Virus record (IMG/VR): IMGVR_UViG_3300025065_000001
Coordinates: 1 to 64,000 of that record
Reading direction: 5' to 3' (one strand)
Source: a virus
Length of the DNA stretch: 64,000 nucleotides
In this document: piece by piece, positions 9,461 through 19,482 of the stretch
Numbering within the stretch: position 1 is the stretch's first letter
Layout of the letters: every line of letters starts with the position of its first letter
The notes under the pieces: model-generated
Database searches by the model: none
What the model was told of the DNA's origin: nothing
What the model saw: the letters and a program-made list of their open reading frames with translations, nothing else
Translations under genes and position numbers: made by a program

Positions 9461-9720
9461 CCAACTAAAGTATAAAAATCTCTACAGTTGGTCAAGTGAT
9501 GAAACCGGTGGCAAGCTTGATATTCTGTTACATAAGTGTTAAATGCGGACGGTTTTTAGTGTCGTATTTCTGAAATAAAAGACACAATAAAATTGTGTTT
9601 TTGTAGCTGGAAAAGTGAGTGACTTGAAAGCACTTACACACATTGTCAATGTGTGTAAATTGACGTAAAAAAGTCGAAAAAATTTTTAAAATTTTTTCGA
9701 CTAAAGTTATGGCTGTTTGT

Positions 9721-12228
9721 TTATTGAACGTTTAATTGAATATCAAGTCCATAATACTGAATAACTAATCGGTTTTTTGAATCGCGTCCTACGACTTGGA
9801 GAAACTGATAAAGTGTACTTAGCTCTTTTGTCCGGCGATAGAATTCCCCTTCATCAACTACCGCGCCGTTTTTAAATTCCCTTACTGATGCGGCATAGAG
9901 CGTATATAAGTCTCTTCCTGATATTGAGGGTAGTGACTTTAGTTCTTCAATCAGTTCATCTTTTGGCAGGGATTTAAGCACCGCTATCATAGAATCATCA
10001 GATAATTCAATATACCCAGAGGCTTCAAAGAAGTAGCGAACGTTGTTGTTCATCTGCCCGAGCTGGCGCACGAGCTCATGGTGTGAGTCGGGTAGTGTGT
10101 AGTCGCGATTGTTTACCAGTCTCGGGTAAGCGCGTAAGGCCCACGAGATAATTTTGTCTTTTTCTTCGGCCACGATTTTATTACCGATATCCAGTTCTCG
10201 CTTTTCTGGCGGAATAGGTCTTTCGGTATTTAGTATCAACCAACGGCGGGTAAACCCTTCTGAGAAATCTTTAGTCTTCGGTAGATGGTTTGATGCAAAC
10301 CAGTGTGTGGCCATCGGCTGCAGGGTGTTATGTTGATTGATGTTTCGCTTAAGCGTTACTTCGTTCCCGTCAACAATATCCTTGAAGCGCTGGCTATTGA
10401 TAGCGTCGTTTTCCGATAGTTCGCCACACAGGTTTAGCAGTTTGTTTGAGAGTGCGGCCAGCGCGTCGTTATCTCCCCACTTGTTAGGTGGTAGGGAGAC
10501 GCGCTTTTGAGGTGGTACCAGACCGCGAATGATATTGAGTATCTGGCTTTTACCTGATTTTGGCGTGCCGTGAAGTAGGATGGCCCGTTGGAAAAGCGTG
10601 CCGGTATTGAAGAACGTTGCGGCCATCGCTTCTTGCAATGCCAGAATGTTATCGCTCTCTTCTTCGGTGGTCCAAATCTCCGTGATGAAGTTATAGAGCT
10701 TTTCTGGCGGGTAAACTTGGTGTGGGTTGAACGTGAATGGCAACGTATATGTTAACCCCATATCGGGGTCGTGCGGTAGCAACTGAAGTTGTGAGTTCAC
10801 GAACCCGTTATTGAAATTCACACCGACAGCATTGACGCGTCGAAGGGGCAGGGCCAGTTTGTTTTTGATAGCCGTAATAATCGTATTGGTGTTACGCGTA
10901 CCCTTGTCTGTGAAGTTCGACGGAAAGTAGGTGTTGATGATATGGCTTATCTCATGATCTTCTACCGGTTCCCAATGCGTGCCTACCCAGCGGCATAATC
11001 TCTGGGCGTCGATGGCCGAATCATAGCGATGCTCAGTTTGACTCGAGAGAAACTGTGTGACGATAGTAACGATGGCCGGAAGGTCTATCACGCCCCGCGC
11101 TTGCTTCCGTAGGTTTGCTATCTGACTATCCATCTTCGTCATGTTTAGCTTCATCCCAGACTGGCGCGAGATATATCGCTTGAGTTGGTCTACTTCAAGT
11201 TTGGTTACCGTGAATGAGCGTGCGATTTCTTCCATGGCCGACTGGCATGCACTCAACATTTGGGTTTCGTTACCAATAGCCTCTGACATTTTATCGTAAA
11301 CGTACTTTTGAAGGCCTTGATAGGTGTATTGCGCGTCCTTTGAGGTGAAGGGAATAGCGTATCTGTCCCTTAGATTAGAGCCAATATTGACGTCCCAGTG
11401 CGGAGGAAGGCGAAGGTTGTAGTACATCCGCACTTGGTGGATGAGTGAGTAGAAGGTCTGGAAATAGGCGTCTTTTTGATGATTTGGTGGTATTTCGACA
11501 AAATTTTGCGAAAAACTGTTATAAAGCGCGTCAATTTCTTGCAAAACGGGCAAAAGATACGTGTTTTGGTCGCAATTTAGTAAAAAATCGTAGCAAAAAT
11601 GCGTCAGATAAGAACGCATAGTTACGTCTAATTGACCTAAAGTGTGTAATTTTGTCCTTGCTTCATGCTGGTATTTCTCTTTCTGAAGCTCAACATCCGG
11701 CAAAATTTCCTGTAAGACGTCCATGATGTGGTGGGGTTCGAATACCGGTAGGTTATCTATGACGTCTTTGGTAGGTACCTGAGTCGGTGAGCTCAGTACC
11801 ACAAACGCGTCTTCCGCCAAGAATGAAAGTAACCGTCCCTCGAGGCCAGAGCCAAGAACCGCGAATGATTTTAATGATTCACTACAAGGCGAAGGTGCCG
11901 GTGCTTTAAAAATCATGTAGTGACTATTTGATTCAGAGACGAGCCAAAAGCTTGAAGGAAGCTTATGCGAAAGTGAAAGCTTTAAATCGGATTGTTTATG
12001 ATCGAGCCTTACCGCAACAAGACAATACTCACTCTCGTCTTTGAGGGCCTGACCTAAAGCCACGCCACAAAGCTTATCCGCATGTGTCGCTTGCCAATTC
12101 TTTTGGTGTAACTCCTGGGTGGCTTGCTGGATTTTGTCACTTGGGATAGCGGGGAGCTTTGAAGTTTTAAACAGCGGAATCGTTGGCACACCCACAGCAA
12201 ATAAGGCTTTCGATAATAAACTATACAT
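9721..12228 (-). CDS. P4/D5-family primase-associated SF3 helicase
   Basis: D5_N-like NFNNGFV..PHDPDMGLTYTLPF; Walker A GTPKSGKS; motif C WFASNHLP; GFTRRWLIL. Confidence 0.8.
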   Translation of the reverse strand: MYSLLSKALFAVGVPTIPLFKTSKLPAIPSDKIQQATQELHQKNWQATHADKLCGVALGQALKDESEYCLVAVRLDHKQSDLKLSLSHKLPSSFWLVSESNSHYMIFKAPAPSPCSESLKSFAVLGSGLEGRLLSFLAEDAFVVLSSPTQVPTKDVIDNLPVFEPHHIMDVLQEILPDVELQKEKYQHEARTKLHTLGQLDVTMRSYLTHFCYDFLLNCDQNTYLLPVLQEIDALYNSFSQNFVEIPPNHQKDAYFQTFYSLIHQVRMYYNLRLPPHWDVNIGSNLRDRYAIPFTSKDAQYTYQGLQKYVYDKMSEAIGNETQMLSACQSAMEEIARSFTVTKLEVDQLKRYISRQSGMKLNMTKMDSQIANLRKQARGVIDLPAIVTIVTQFLSSQTEHRYDSAIDAQRLCRWVGTHWEPVEDHEISHIINTYFPSNFTDKGTRNTNTIITAIKNKLALPLRRVNAVGVNFNNGFVNSQLQLLPHDPDMGLTYTLPFTFNPHQVYPPEKLYNFITEIWTTEEESDNILALQEAMAATFFNTGTLFQRAILLHGTPKSGKSQILNIIRGLVPPQKRVSLPPNKWGDNDALAALSNKLLNLCGELSENDAINSQRFKDIVDGNEVTLKRNINQHNTLQPMATHWFASNHLPKTKDFSEGFTRRWLILNTERPIPPEKRELDIGNKIVAEEKDKIISWALRAYPRLVNNRDYTLPDSHHELVRQLGQMNNNVRYFFEASGYIELSDDSMIAVLKSLPKDELIEELKSLPSISGRDLYTLYAASVREFKNGAVVDEGEFYRRTKELSTLYQFLQVVGRDSKNRLVIQYYGLDIQLNVQ

Positions 12229-12232
12229 GCGG

Positions 12233-12721
12233 TTACTCCTGATTAAGTACGAGTTTCATTTCGTCGATAAACTCAGTTTTTTGCTGCGGTGTTAGATAGC
12301 GCTCCATGCTATCGAGGATAAACGTTTTGAATACACCAAATTGTTTTATACCTGAGGCCCGTTCTTGAACATCGAGGATTTTTTCCATCAGTGACACCAT
12401 GGTACGAAACGTACTGGTCATTTCGCTTGTGTCTCCGTGGTTGAGCGAGTTCTTGAAGGTTTTCATATCTCGATACAGTTGCAACGCTTCCGTCTCGAAA
12501 TCTGGAATAGAATCTAAATCCTCTAGTTCTGAGTCTGCAACGGTTATGCCAGCGTCGGTTTGAATGCTAAAAAGCGCAGTAAGGAATTCTATCTCGTTGG
12601 GCTCGTAAGGGCAGTCTTCATCGTCGAGGTAGGTTGGGTCATCTTGAATTAGTTTTTTCCACGTATTCAGCGTTGTGAAAAGGTTCGGGGTGAATTCAGG
12701 ATAGAACTTGGGTGTTTTCAT
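12233..12721 (-). CDS. hypothetical protein, possible terminase small subunit
   Basis: Adjacent and divergent to terL; size fits; position only. Confidence 0.4.
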   Translation of the reverse strand: MKTPKFYPEFTPNLFTTLNTWKKLIQDDPTYLDDEDCPYEPNEIEFLTALFSIQTDAGITVADSELEDLDSIPDFETEALQLYRDMKTFKNSLNHGDTSEMTSTFRTMVSLMEKILDVQERASGIKQFGVFKTFILDSMERYLTPQQKTEFIDEMKLVLNQE

Positions 12722-12833
12722 CGTCAATCTCCGCTTTATTATAGGTTAAATATCATACCGCAAGATTGCCTGTATAGTCAGTAAAGCGTAATCTATTCGG
12801 AAAATAGACTAATTGACGATAATTGAGGTAGCT

Positions 12834-14615
12834 GTGGCTAATCAGTTTTTAATGGATTTGTACTCGACTGCAGAAGGCCGGTACAACAAAGATTCGAAAG
12901 ATATGACGCATGGGGATTGGATGTGTGCGAACACTTCACTTAACAAGCGACCTTTTAGTTTCGAGCGCTATCCCTTCCAAAAACAGATTGCCGATGATAT
13001 GCACCCCAGCCTCGATTGTATAAAGCCCTCTCAGGTTGGTCTTACCGAAATACAGATTCGTAAAGCGCTGGCGATATTAAGCCGAATCCCTAACACCTCT
13101 TTGATTTACACCATGCCGAATGAGCGGATGTTTAAGCGTATTTCAAAAGCGCGTATCCAACCGTTAATTAATTTTGATAAAGCTTTTAGGCAAGAGAGTG
13201 GGGACAAGACCAAACAGTCTATGGACCTAATGCGGATTGGTACCAGTTTCCTTTACGTTACCGGCTCTGCAGAGGCCGACGCCACGAGTATCAACGCGGA
13301 CTTTGTTTTTAACGATGAGATTGACTTAACAGACCCGTCAATGTTGTCACTCTTTAACTCTCGTCTACAAGGTTCCGATCACCGTGTTAACCAGCGTTTC
13401 AGTACCCCAACTTATGAAGGGGTAGGCGTAGACAGAGGATACCGAAGAAGTGACCAGCATGAGTACGTGATTAAGTGCCGTTGCTGCAACCATTACCAAA
13501 TACCAGTATTTAGCCGAGCGTTCGTAGAGGTAGATGGCCTACCAGATGATTTGGAAAAATTTGAAGATATCTCAGATAACCTTATCGACTCTGGCCAGCT
13601 CGATATTCAATCAGCACGCGTGGTTTGTGAAAAATGCCGGAAGCCCCTGAACCTTGCTGACTATGAAAACCGTGAATGGGTGGCAAAATACCCAAGTCGG
13701 GTGCTCAACCGAGGCTACCGTATCCGCACATTCTCTACCCACAGGCTAGACCCTCAGTATTGTTTCGCTCAGTTATTTGATTACAAATCGAATGATAACC
13801 TGAAGGGCTTTTACAACACGGTTAAGGGTGAGCCCTACAACAACGAAGACCAGAAGCTTTCGTTAAGCCAGATAAAACTAGCCATGGGGAGCCCAGCTAT
13901 CCCAGAGCCAAGACAAGGTGAACCACACTTCATTGGTATCGATATGGGGGTAACGTGCTACATCGTTGTAGGTTGTGGTACCGACCCTAGAAAGATGCGT
14001 ATTATCTTAGCTACATACTGTCATATAGACCAATTACGAGGGCTGGTTAATAAGCTAGATGAGCAATATCACTTTGTTGGGGGAGGCTTAGATAGGTACC
14101 CTTATACGCCGACCAGTAATGATATTCGTAACGGTAGCCTCGGGCGAATTATGCCAGTGCACTACACGAAAAGTAAGGAAGTCGCTGAAGAGAAGAATGC
14201 ACTTGGGGAAGTGGACTATATCAAGGTTAACCGTACCGATATGCTAGACCATGTGGCCACAGGTGTAAGAAACTTAACGTGGTCTATTGAAGGTTACACC
14301 AGCAACCAAGACAAAATAGAGTCTCATCTTCAGGATATGATCAGAGAAGAAGTCGAAGAGGAACAAGCCGTTTGGGTTAAGCTTTCGGGTAAAGACCACT
14401 TCTTCCACGCGATGGCCTACCTCGCCGCAGGGGTCTCTTATAAAATTATAAAAGACGGTCTTGAAGGCTGGGTGAATGTGAATACCGATTTCTCTAACGC
14501 TGGCCACGGCGGAGGTATCCTTCTAGGCCAACAAGATAATGATATCTTTGGCACAACCGACTTAATCGGTTATTCTTCCAGCAATAACCCGACAAAAATA
14601 ATTCGTCGGTACTAA
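12834..14615 (+). CDS. terL: terminase large subunit, lambda GpA-like
   Basis: KPSQVGLTE Walker A variant, VFNDEID Walker B, STPT, CxxC pairs, FIGIDMG nuclease motif, DHFFHA; GTG start after GAGG. Confidence 0.88.
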   Translation: MANQFLMDLYSTAEGRYNKDSKDMTHGDWMCANTSLNKRPFSFERYPFQKQIADDMHPSLDCIKPSQVGLTEIQIRKALAILSRIPNTSLIYTMPNERMFKRISKARIQPLINFDKAFRQESGDKTKQSMDLMRIGTSFLYVTGSAEADATSINADFVFNDEIDLTDPSMLSLFNSRLQGSDHRVNQRFSTPTYEGVGVDRGYRRSDQHEYVIKCRCCNHYQIPVFSRAFVEVDGLPDDLEKFEDISDNLIDSGQLDIQSARVVCEKCRKPLNLADYENREWVAKYPSRVLNRGYRIRTFSTHRLDPQYCFAQLFDYKSNDNLKGFYNTVKGEPYNNEDQKLSLSQIKLAMGSPAIPEPRQGEPHFIGIDMGVTCYIVVGCGTDPRKMRIILATYCHIDQLRGLVNKLDEQYHFVGGGLDRYPYTPTSNDIRNGSLGRIMPVHYTKSKEVAEEKNALGEVDYIKVNRTDMLDHVATGVRNLTWSIEGYTSNQDKIESHLQDMIREEVEEEQAVWVKLSGKDHFFHAMAYLAAGVSYKIIKDGLEGWVNVNTDFSNAGHGGGILLGQQDNDIFGTTDLIGYSSSNNPTKIIRRY

Positions 14616-14633
14616 CAATTTGGGAAATTGACG

Positions 14634-16094
14634 ATGGCCGTAACAATACTTAGCAAGCTCAAGGTAATTGTGCCTAATCGGTTTAAGCCGAAAGGGAGTA
14701 CACAAACTGCGACCTATAACGCAGAGAACAACACAGAAGTCCTATCGCTCCCAGACTATCGGGAACACCTAGAAGATATCTATTCAAGTCGAGTTTCGGA
14801 TAATTCACAAACACTCATTATGAAGCTTGTTAAGTCAGACCCTGATGCTTCTGCGGCATTAGGCGCATATCTGACTACGGCGGGGAGCTCTATCCCTTAT
14901 ATCGTTGTAAAAGACCCTGATGGGGCGATTGACCGCGATGGCGCCAAGATAGTTAATGAACTGATTGAAGCATTAGAGACCCGCCGCGACTACTCTAAAG
15001 GTTATTTAAGACCTAAGACTCTGCGAGAACTGTCAGAAGAATTCCGTTACATGCTATTAGCCCGAGGTGGTATAGGCTGCGAAACGGTATTTGGGGATCA
15101 ACTTCAATTAACCGAGCTTCGCAATATCGATATGGCGAGTATTCGATGGCAAGAAAAAGAGCCTGGGAAAATGGTGCCATGGCAAGACCAAGGTGGCGGG
15201 GACCCAATTAAAATGGATATCCCTTCTTTCTTCGTGGCTTGGTACCGAAAATCACCTATTGAAGCTTACGGCCATAGCCCCTTCGTTAGTGCAATTAATA
15301 CCATGGCAGCAAGGCAACAGGTGATTAATGACCTGTATCGAATCATGCAAGTTACAGGGTTCCCGCGAATCGCTATCAAGGTACTTGAAGAAGTCTTGGT
15401 GAAAAATGCCCCCGCGGATGTTAAGGCCGACGCACAAAAACTAAGAACCTATATTTCTCAACGCCGCCAAGAGATTGGAAGCGCGTTTGCTTCGCTGCGT
15501 CCAGACCAAGCGATGGTTCACACCGACAGTGCTGAAGTTTCAATGCTTAATGAAAAGAACCCCGCAACAGGTATTAAAATTCAGGAAGTGATTGATACGC
15601 TTAACGCCCAAAACCAAGCAGGGTTAAAGACGATGGCCACGGTACTTGGTCGGGGTGAATCTGGTGTAAATACCGCTACCGTTGAAGCGAACTTGTTTGC
15701 CAAAGCTGCCGATAGCTTGAATGAGCCTATCGGAGAAATCCTAGGCAGCATGCTTACGATGGCCCTACGTATGCAAGGCTCTGAGAGTCGAGTTATTGTC
15801 AGATTCCCCAATATTGATTTGCGTTCTGAGCTTGAGCTAGAGGCCCAATTGAACTTGAAGTCAAACCGCTTGCGAACCGACCTAAGTGACGGGTTGATAA
15901 CAGACGATGATTACCATATTGCCATGTACCGTCGTATTAGACCGGACTCGGTAGCCGAGCTAAGTGGTACGGGTTTTATCGGGGGCGCTATGGAAGTAGA
16001 CGCAGAAAAAGTGAGCCCAAATTCTGACCCTCAAGGACGTTCCGTTAGTCGCGCTTCAGACAAAAGTGCGAAGTCTAACGCTAACCAGTCTTAA
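14634..16094 (+). CDS. portal protein
   Basis: Follows terL, about 486 aa, synteny. Confidence 0.75.
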   Translation: MAVTILSKLKVIVPNRFKPKGSTQTATYNAENNTEVLSLPDYREHLEDIYSSRVSDNSQTLIMKLVKSDPDASAALGAYLTTAGSSIPYIVVKDPDGAIDRDGAKIVNELIEALETRRDYSKGYLRPKTLRELSEEFRYMLLARGGIGCETVFGDQLQLTELRNIDMASIRWQEKEPGKMVPWQDQGGGDPIKMDIPSFFVAWYRKSPIEAYGHSPFVSAINTMAARQQVINDLYRIMQVTGFPRIAIKVLEEVLVKNAPADVKADAQKLRTYISQRRQEIGSAFASLRPDQAMVHTDSAEVSMLNEKNPATGIKIQEVIDTLNAQNQAGLKTMATVLGRGESGVNTATVEANLFAKAADSLNEPIGEILGSMLTMALRMQGSESRVIVRFPNIDLRSELELEAQLNLKSNRLRTDLSDGLITDDDYHIAMYRRIRPDSVAELSGTGFIGGAMEVDAEKVSPNSDPQGRSVSRASDKSAKSNANQS

Positions 16095-16169
16095 GGTTAA
16101 TTTTTAATCGGGCTTGGCAACGCGATTGAAAAGCCCTAAGATAATCGAAAATTTGGATGGAAATTGACG

Positions 16170-17336
16170 ATGGCTAAACGGCTAACCCTCACTGAGCGTA
16201 TCAAATCGCTTATCACCGCAGCCGCGGGTGATGAAATAGACTTTTCGCAGATTGCAGCGTATGAGAGCGTTGCGGCATCTACTCGTCCAATCAATCAACC
16301 AAGCACAGCCTACCATGGCGCACAAATGACAGAAGGCTTTCTGTCACAGATGGCGGCGTATTACAAAGAAGAAAGTGTCCCTATTCAGGTCATGCACAAT
16401 GGCCAGATGCTCCCTGTAGGTAAGGTGTTTGCCGCAGATACTTATAGCGCCGATGAAGGGCACACGGACTTAAACGTTCTTTTCTATGTCGATGCTGAAG
16501 GCCCTTACGCCAGAGATATTGACCTTTCTATTCTAGATGAGGTTTCTGTCGGGGCAGCTCCCAATCACGCGTACTGTTCTGAATGTGGTTTCGACTACAT
16601 GGCCGAAGGCAACGAAATTAGTTTCTGGTTTCGTGAATGTGATAACGGCCATCGAATCGGTGAGAACGGAACCCACCTTCGCTTAACCGACCTCCGTGCT
16701 TGGAAAGAATTATCACTCGTGAACAAAGGCGCGAGTAATAAACCGAAGATACTTGGCTCTGCCAAGCAACGTCTGGGCAAAGACGCATATAACCAGCTTG
16801 CCGCTTCAAGTTCTCCTGAAGCCGTACAGTTCAGTTATATGACTTGCTCCCCCACTCAAAGTGAAACAACAGGTGAAACTATGGATTTATCAGCATTAAC
16901 AAACCAAGTTTCTACGTTGTCCGCAGCTAACGGCAAGCTAGAAGTTAAACTCGAATCGGCAGAGGCAGCGCTTACCGCTTCTCAGTCGGAAGTTGCCGCG
17001 CTGAAAGGACAAGTAGAAGAACTAAATACGAAGATTGAAAACGGTTCTGAAACCAAACTTCAATCTGATCTTTCAGCCGCTCAAGCGCAACTTGAAACGG
17101 CGAATAAAATTGTCGGCGTGTTCGATGAACAAGTTAAGCTTGCCGCAAAAATGGCGGGTTTGACGTTGGCTGAAGACGCCAGCGCGGACGACAAAATTGA
17201 GCTGTTAAAACAAGCTCAAATTAAACTGGCAGCAATCCCAAGGGATGGTGTTGGCAAAGGTGCGGATACACCGGTAGCTGACGACGTTCTGGTGCTTACT
17301 GCCGCGCATAACAGTGCGTTTGTTTCTAATCGATAA
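16170..17336 (+). CDS. prohead protease/scaffold protein
   Basis: H..PVGKVF, EVSVG, KELSLV protease-like motifs plus C-terminal coiled coil. Confidence 0.7.
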   Translation: MAKRLTLTERIKSLITAAAGDEIDFSQIAAYESVAASTRPINQPSTAYHGAQMTEGFLSQMAAYYKEESVPIQVMHNGQMLPVGKVFAADTYSADEGHTDLNVLFYVDAEGPYARDIDLSILDEVSVGAAPNHAYCSECGFDYMAEGNEISFWFRECDNGHRIGENGTHLRLTDLRAWKELSLVNKGASNKPKILGSAKQRLGKDAYNQLAASSSPEAVQFSYMTCSPTQSETTGETMDLSALTNQVSTLSAANGKLEVKLESAEAALTASQSEVAALKGQVEELNTKIENGSETKLQSDLSAAQAQLETANKIVGVFDEQVKLAAKMAGLTLAEDASADDKIELLKQAQIKLAAIPRDGVGKGADTPVADDVLVLTAAHNSAFVSNR

Positions 17337-17347
17337 GGGGAAGAGTC

Positions 17348-17740
17348 ATGCAAATTGGCGATTTACAACATCAGGGTATCCGCACTGAATCCGCGGCAGC
17401 GTCATTCTATTTGGATACCTCTATTACAGGCTTCGACGCCATTGGTAAGCCTGTTTCTATTACCGGTAATTTTACGGTGGGTTTCGGATCAGCAGACGAT
17501 GAGATTCTAGGTTATCTCGAGTCTTATGAAGACCGTGATGTAGAAAAAGTAAAAATGGGTGCGGTTTCTTGGCATATGTGTGCGGTTTTTGAATACGCCG
17601 GTACAGCGCCAACCGTAGGTGGCAATGTAGTATCAAATGGTGATGGTAAGGTAAAGGTTGCCGGAGCTGGGGCGGGTCGCAACGTAGTTGTTACCGCTGT
17701 TGATACCACCAACAAAACGGTATCGGTAATCTTCCGTTAA
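17348..17740 (+). CDS. head decoration protein
   Basis: Small beta-rich protein between scaffold and capsid. Confidence 0.6.
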   Translation: MQIGDLQHQGIRTESAAASFYLDTSITGFDAIGKPVSITGNFTVGFGSADDEILGYLESYEDRDVEKVKMGAVSWHMCAVFEYAGTAPTVGGNVVSNGDGKVKVAGAGAGRNVVVTAVDTTNKTVSVIFR

Positions 17741-17782
17741 TTCGGAAGATTCAAACCGCAAATAAAAATTTGGAGATTGACG

Positions 17783-18988
17783 ATGCAAGCAGCAAATCTT
17801 AGTCAGATTAAACGCGCCCCACTTAACGTGGTTTTAGCGGGTATTAATAGTGAGCACAGCGACGAATCTATTCGCGCTGGCGTAAAGCTGGTACAAGCAG
17901 CAAAACAATACGGTATTAACGTTCGTGATTACCTAAACCTAGCAGTTGACGTTCGTGCGTCGAATGATGAAAAGGCTGGTAAAAACTTCCGTTTGGATAA
18001 CGGTAACTTTATGACCGGCTACCAAGCCGCTATCGTAGAGTTGAACCTTCCGTTCAAAAACGCTTTTGAGCAAGGCATTACCCTTCAAGCTGCAGCGGAT
18101 ACTTTCAGTGCACGCCCAGGCTCTCGCGCACTTTTCCCAGAAGTTATCGATGATATGCTTCAGTGGAATACGCGCCAAGATATGTTCGAATCAACGGCCC
18201 CTATGGTGGCGCAAACCCGAACTATCACTGGTAATGAACTTATTACCACCGCAATTTTTGACGACCAAGGCCAGCTAAATACTTCGCCTATCGCGGAACT
18301 TGCGAACATTCCGATGCAGACTATCAAAAGCTCTGATAAGTCGGTTAAGTTCTTCAAACATGGTTCTGGTATCCGTACCTCATACGAATTCGAACGTCGT
18401 GTGAGCTTAGATATTCTTACCCCATATGCTGCCCGTATAGCGCGTAACAAAGAAATCAGCAAAGTGAAGATGGCTACCTCGCTATTGATCAATGGTGATG
18501 GTGTTCACGAAGCTGCAGAAGTGGTTCCAGCTTCTAATTATAAAGATTGGGATGCGGCTAAAGGCCTTAAAGGTAACTATGTTGCCTTAGCGGACTTCTT
18601 GGCGCAACGTGCGCGTAAAGGCGTACCGGTTGATACTATCGTAGGTAACTACGATATGTGGCTAGAACTGTTCCTAATGTTCTTACCAACTCAACCTAAC
18701 GGTAAGTCTACCTCTGAAATTCTTCAGGAGAACGGTGGTCCTCGCGTGGCTCTGGCCATGGACTTCTTAAGCGGTGTCAACTTCCATATTTCAAGCTCAG
18801 CCCCTACGGGTAAGCTGATTTGTTATTCGAAGGCTGACACGCTGGAAGAACTTATCGAAGCCGGTTCTGTACTGTCTGAGTCTGAGACAGCAATCAAGAA
18901 CCAGTCGATTACTTACGTGAAAACTGAGAACTCAGGCTATCGCCTAGTTTACGGTGATACTCGCGTAATCTTCGATACCACGGCCTAA
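17783..18988 (+). CDS. major capsid protein
   Basis: About 401 aa, synteny, HK97-like segment IAELANIP..KFFKHGSGIRTSYE. Confidence 0.8.
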   Translation: MQAANLSQIKRAPLNVVLAGINSEHSDESIRAGVKLVQAAKQYGINVRDYLNLAVDVRASNDEKAGKNFRLDNGNFMTGYQAAIVELNLPFKNAFEQGITLQAAADTFSARPGSRALFPEVIDDMLQWNTRQDMFESTAPMVAQTRTITGNELITTAIFDDQGQLNTSPIAELANIPMQTIKSSDKSVKFFKHGSGIRTSYEFERRVSLDILTPYAARIARNKEISKVKMATSLLINGDGVHEAAEVVPASNYKDWDAAKGLKGNYVALADFLAQRARKGVPVDTIVGNYDMWLELFLMFLPTQPNGKSTSEILQENGGPRVALAMDFLSGVNFHISSSAPTGKLICYSKADTLEELIEAGSVLSESETAIKNQSITYVKTENSGYRLVYGDTRVIFDTTA

Positions 18989-19035
18989 CCAACAATAACC
19001 CCCTTAATTAAGGGGGCTACTTGGAGAATCAACTA

Positions 19036-19473
19036 ATGAAAATGATCTTAGCTAAAACCACTAAAAATTTTATGCTAATGACGCGTTTCGGAATTATTGA
19101 AGCGTTCCGCCCTTCGGTAATTGGCCATTGCACGGAAGTGGACCAGTTTGTTTCACAGCAGCAAATAAAGGTGCTGGATAACGACTTGCCAGATAACGCC
19201 ACGGATGAAGAGTTCAAAAAGTTCTTTGACGATCACGATGGTGACTGGGAAACCGCACTGGAAAATTTCAAGCTGAGTCTTGAAGGCATTGAAGAGAGTA
19301 AGGAAGACTCTGGCGAAGGTGATAAGGAAGACTCTGATAAAGAGACTGGCGAAGGTGATAAGGAAGACTCTGATAAAGAGACTGGTGAAGGTGATACGGA
19401 CAACTCACCAGAACCGGCACCGGCACCAGCCCCTAAGAAAACCACGACTCGCACGACTAAAGCGAAGTCTTAA
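19036..19473 (+). CDS. hypothetical virion-associated protein with acidic repeat
   Basis: After capsid gene; EGDKEDSDKETG repeats. Confidence 0.65.
   Translation: MKMILAKTTKNFMLMTRFGIIEAFRPSVIGHCTEVDQFVSQQQIKVLDNDLPDNATDEEFKKFFDDHDGDWETALENFKLSLEGIEESKEDSGEGDKEDSDKETGEGDKEDSDKETGEGDTDNSPEPAPAPAPKKTTTRTTKAKS
19310..19396 (+). repeat. 36-bp tandem repeat, about 2.4 copies, in frame
   Basis: CTGGCGAAGGTGATAAGGAAGACTCTGATAAAGAGA at 19310 and 19346, partial at 19382. Confidence 0.9.
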
Positions 19474-19482
19474 GGAACAACC

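Noticed and set aside
9012-9464. 150-aa minus-strand ORF
   Set aside because: Runs through a strong terminator and low-complexity repeats; no SD
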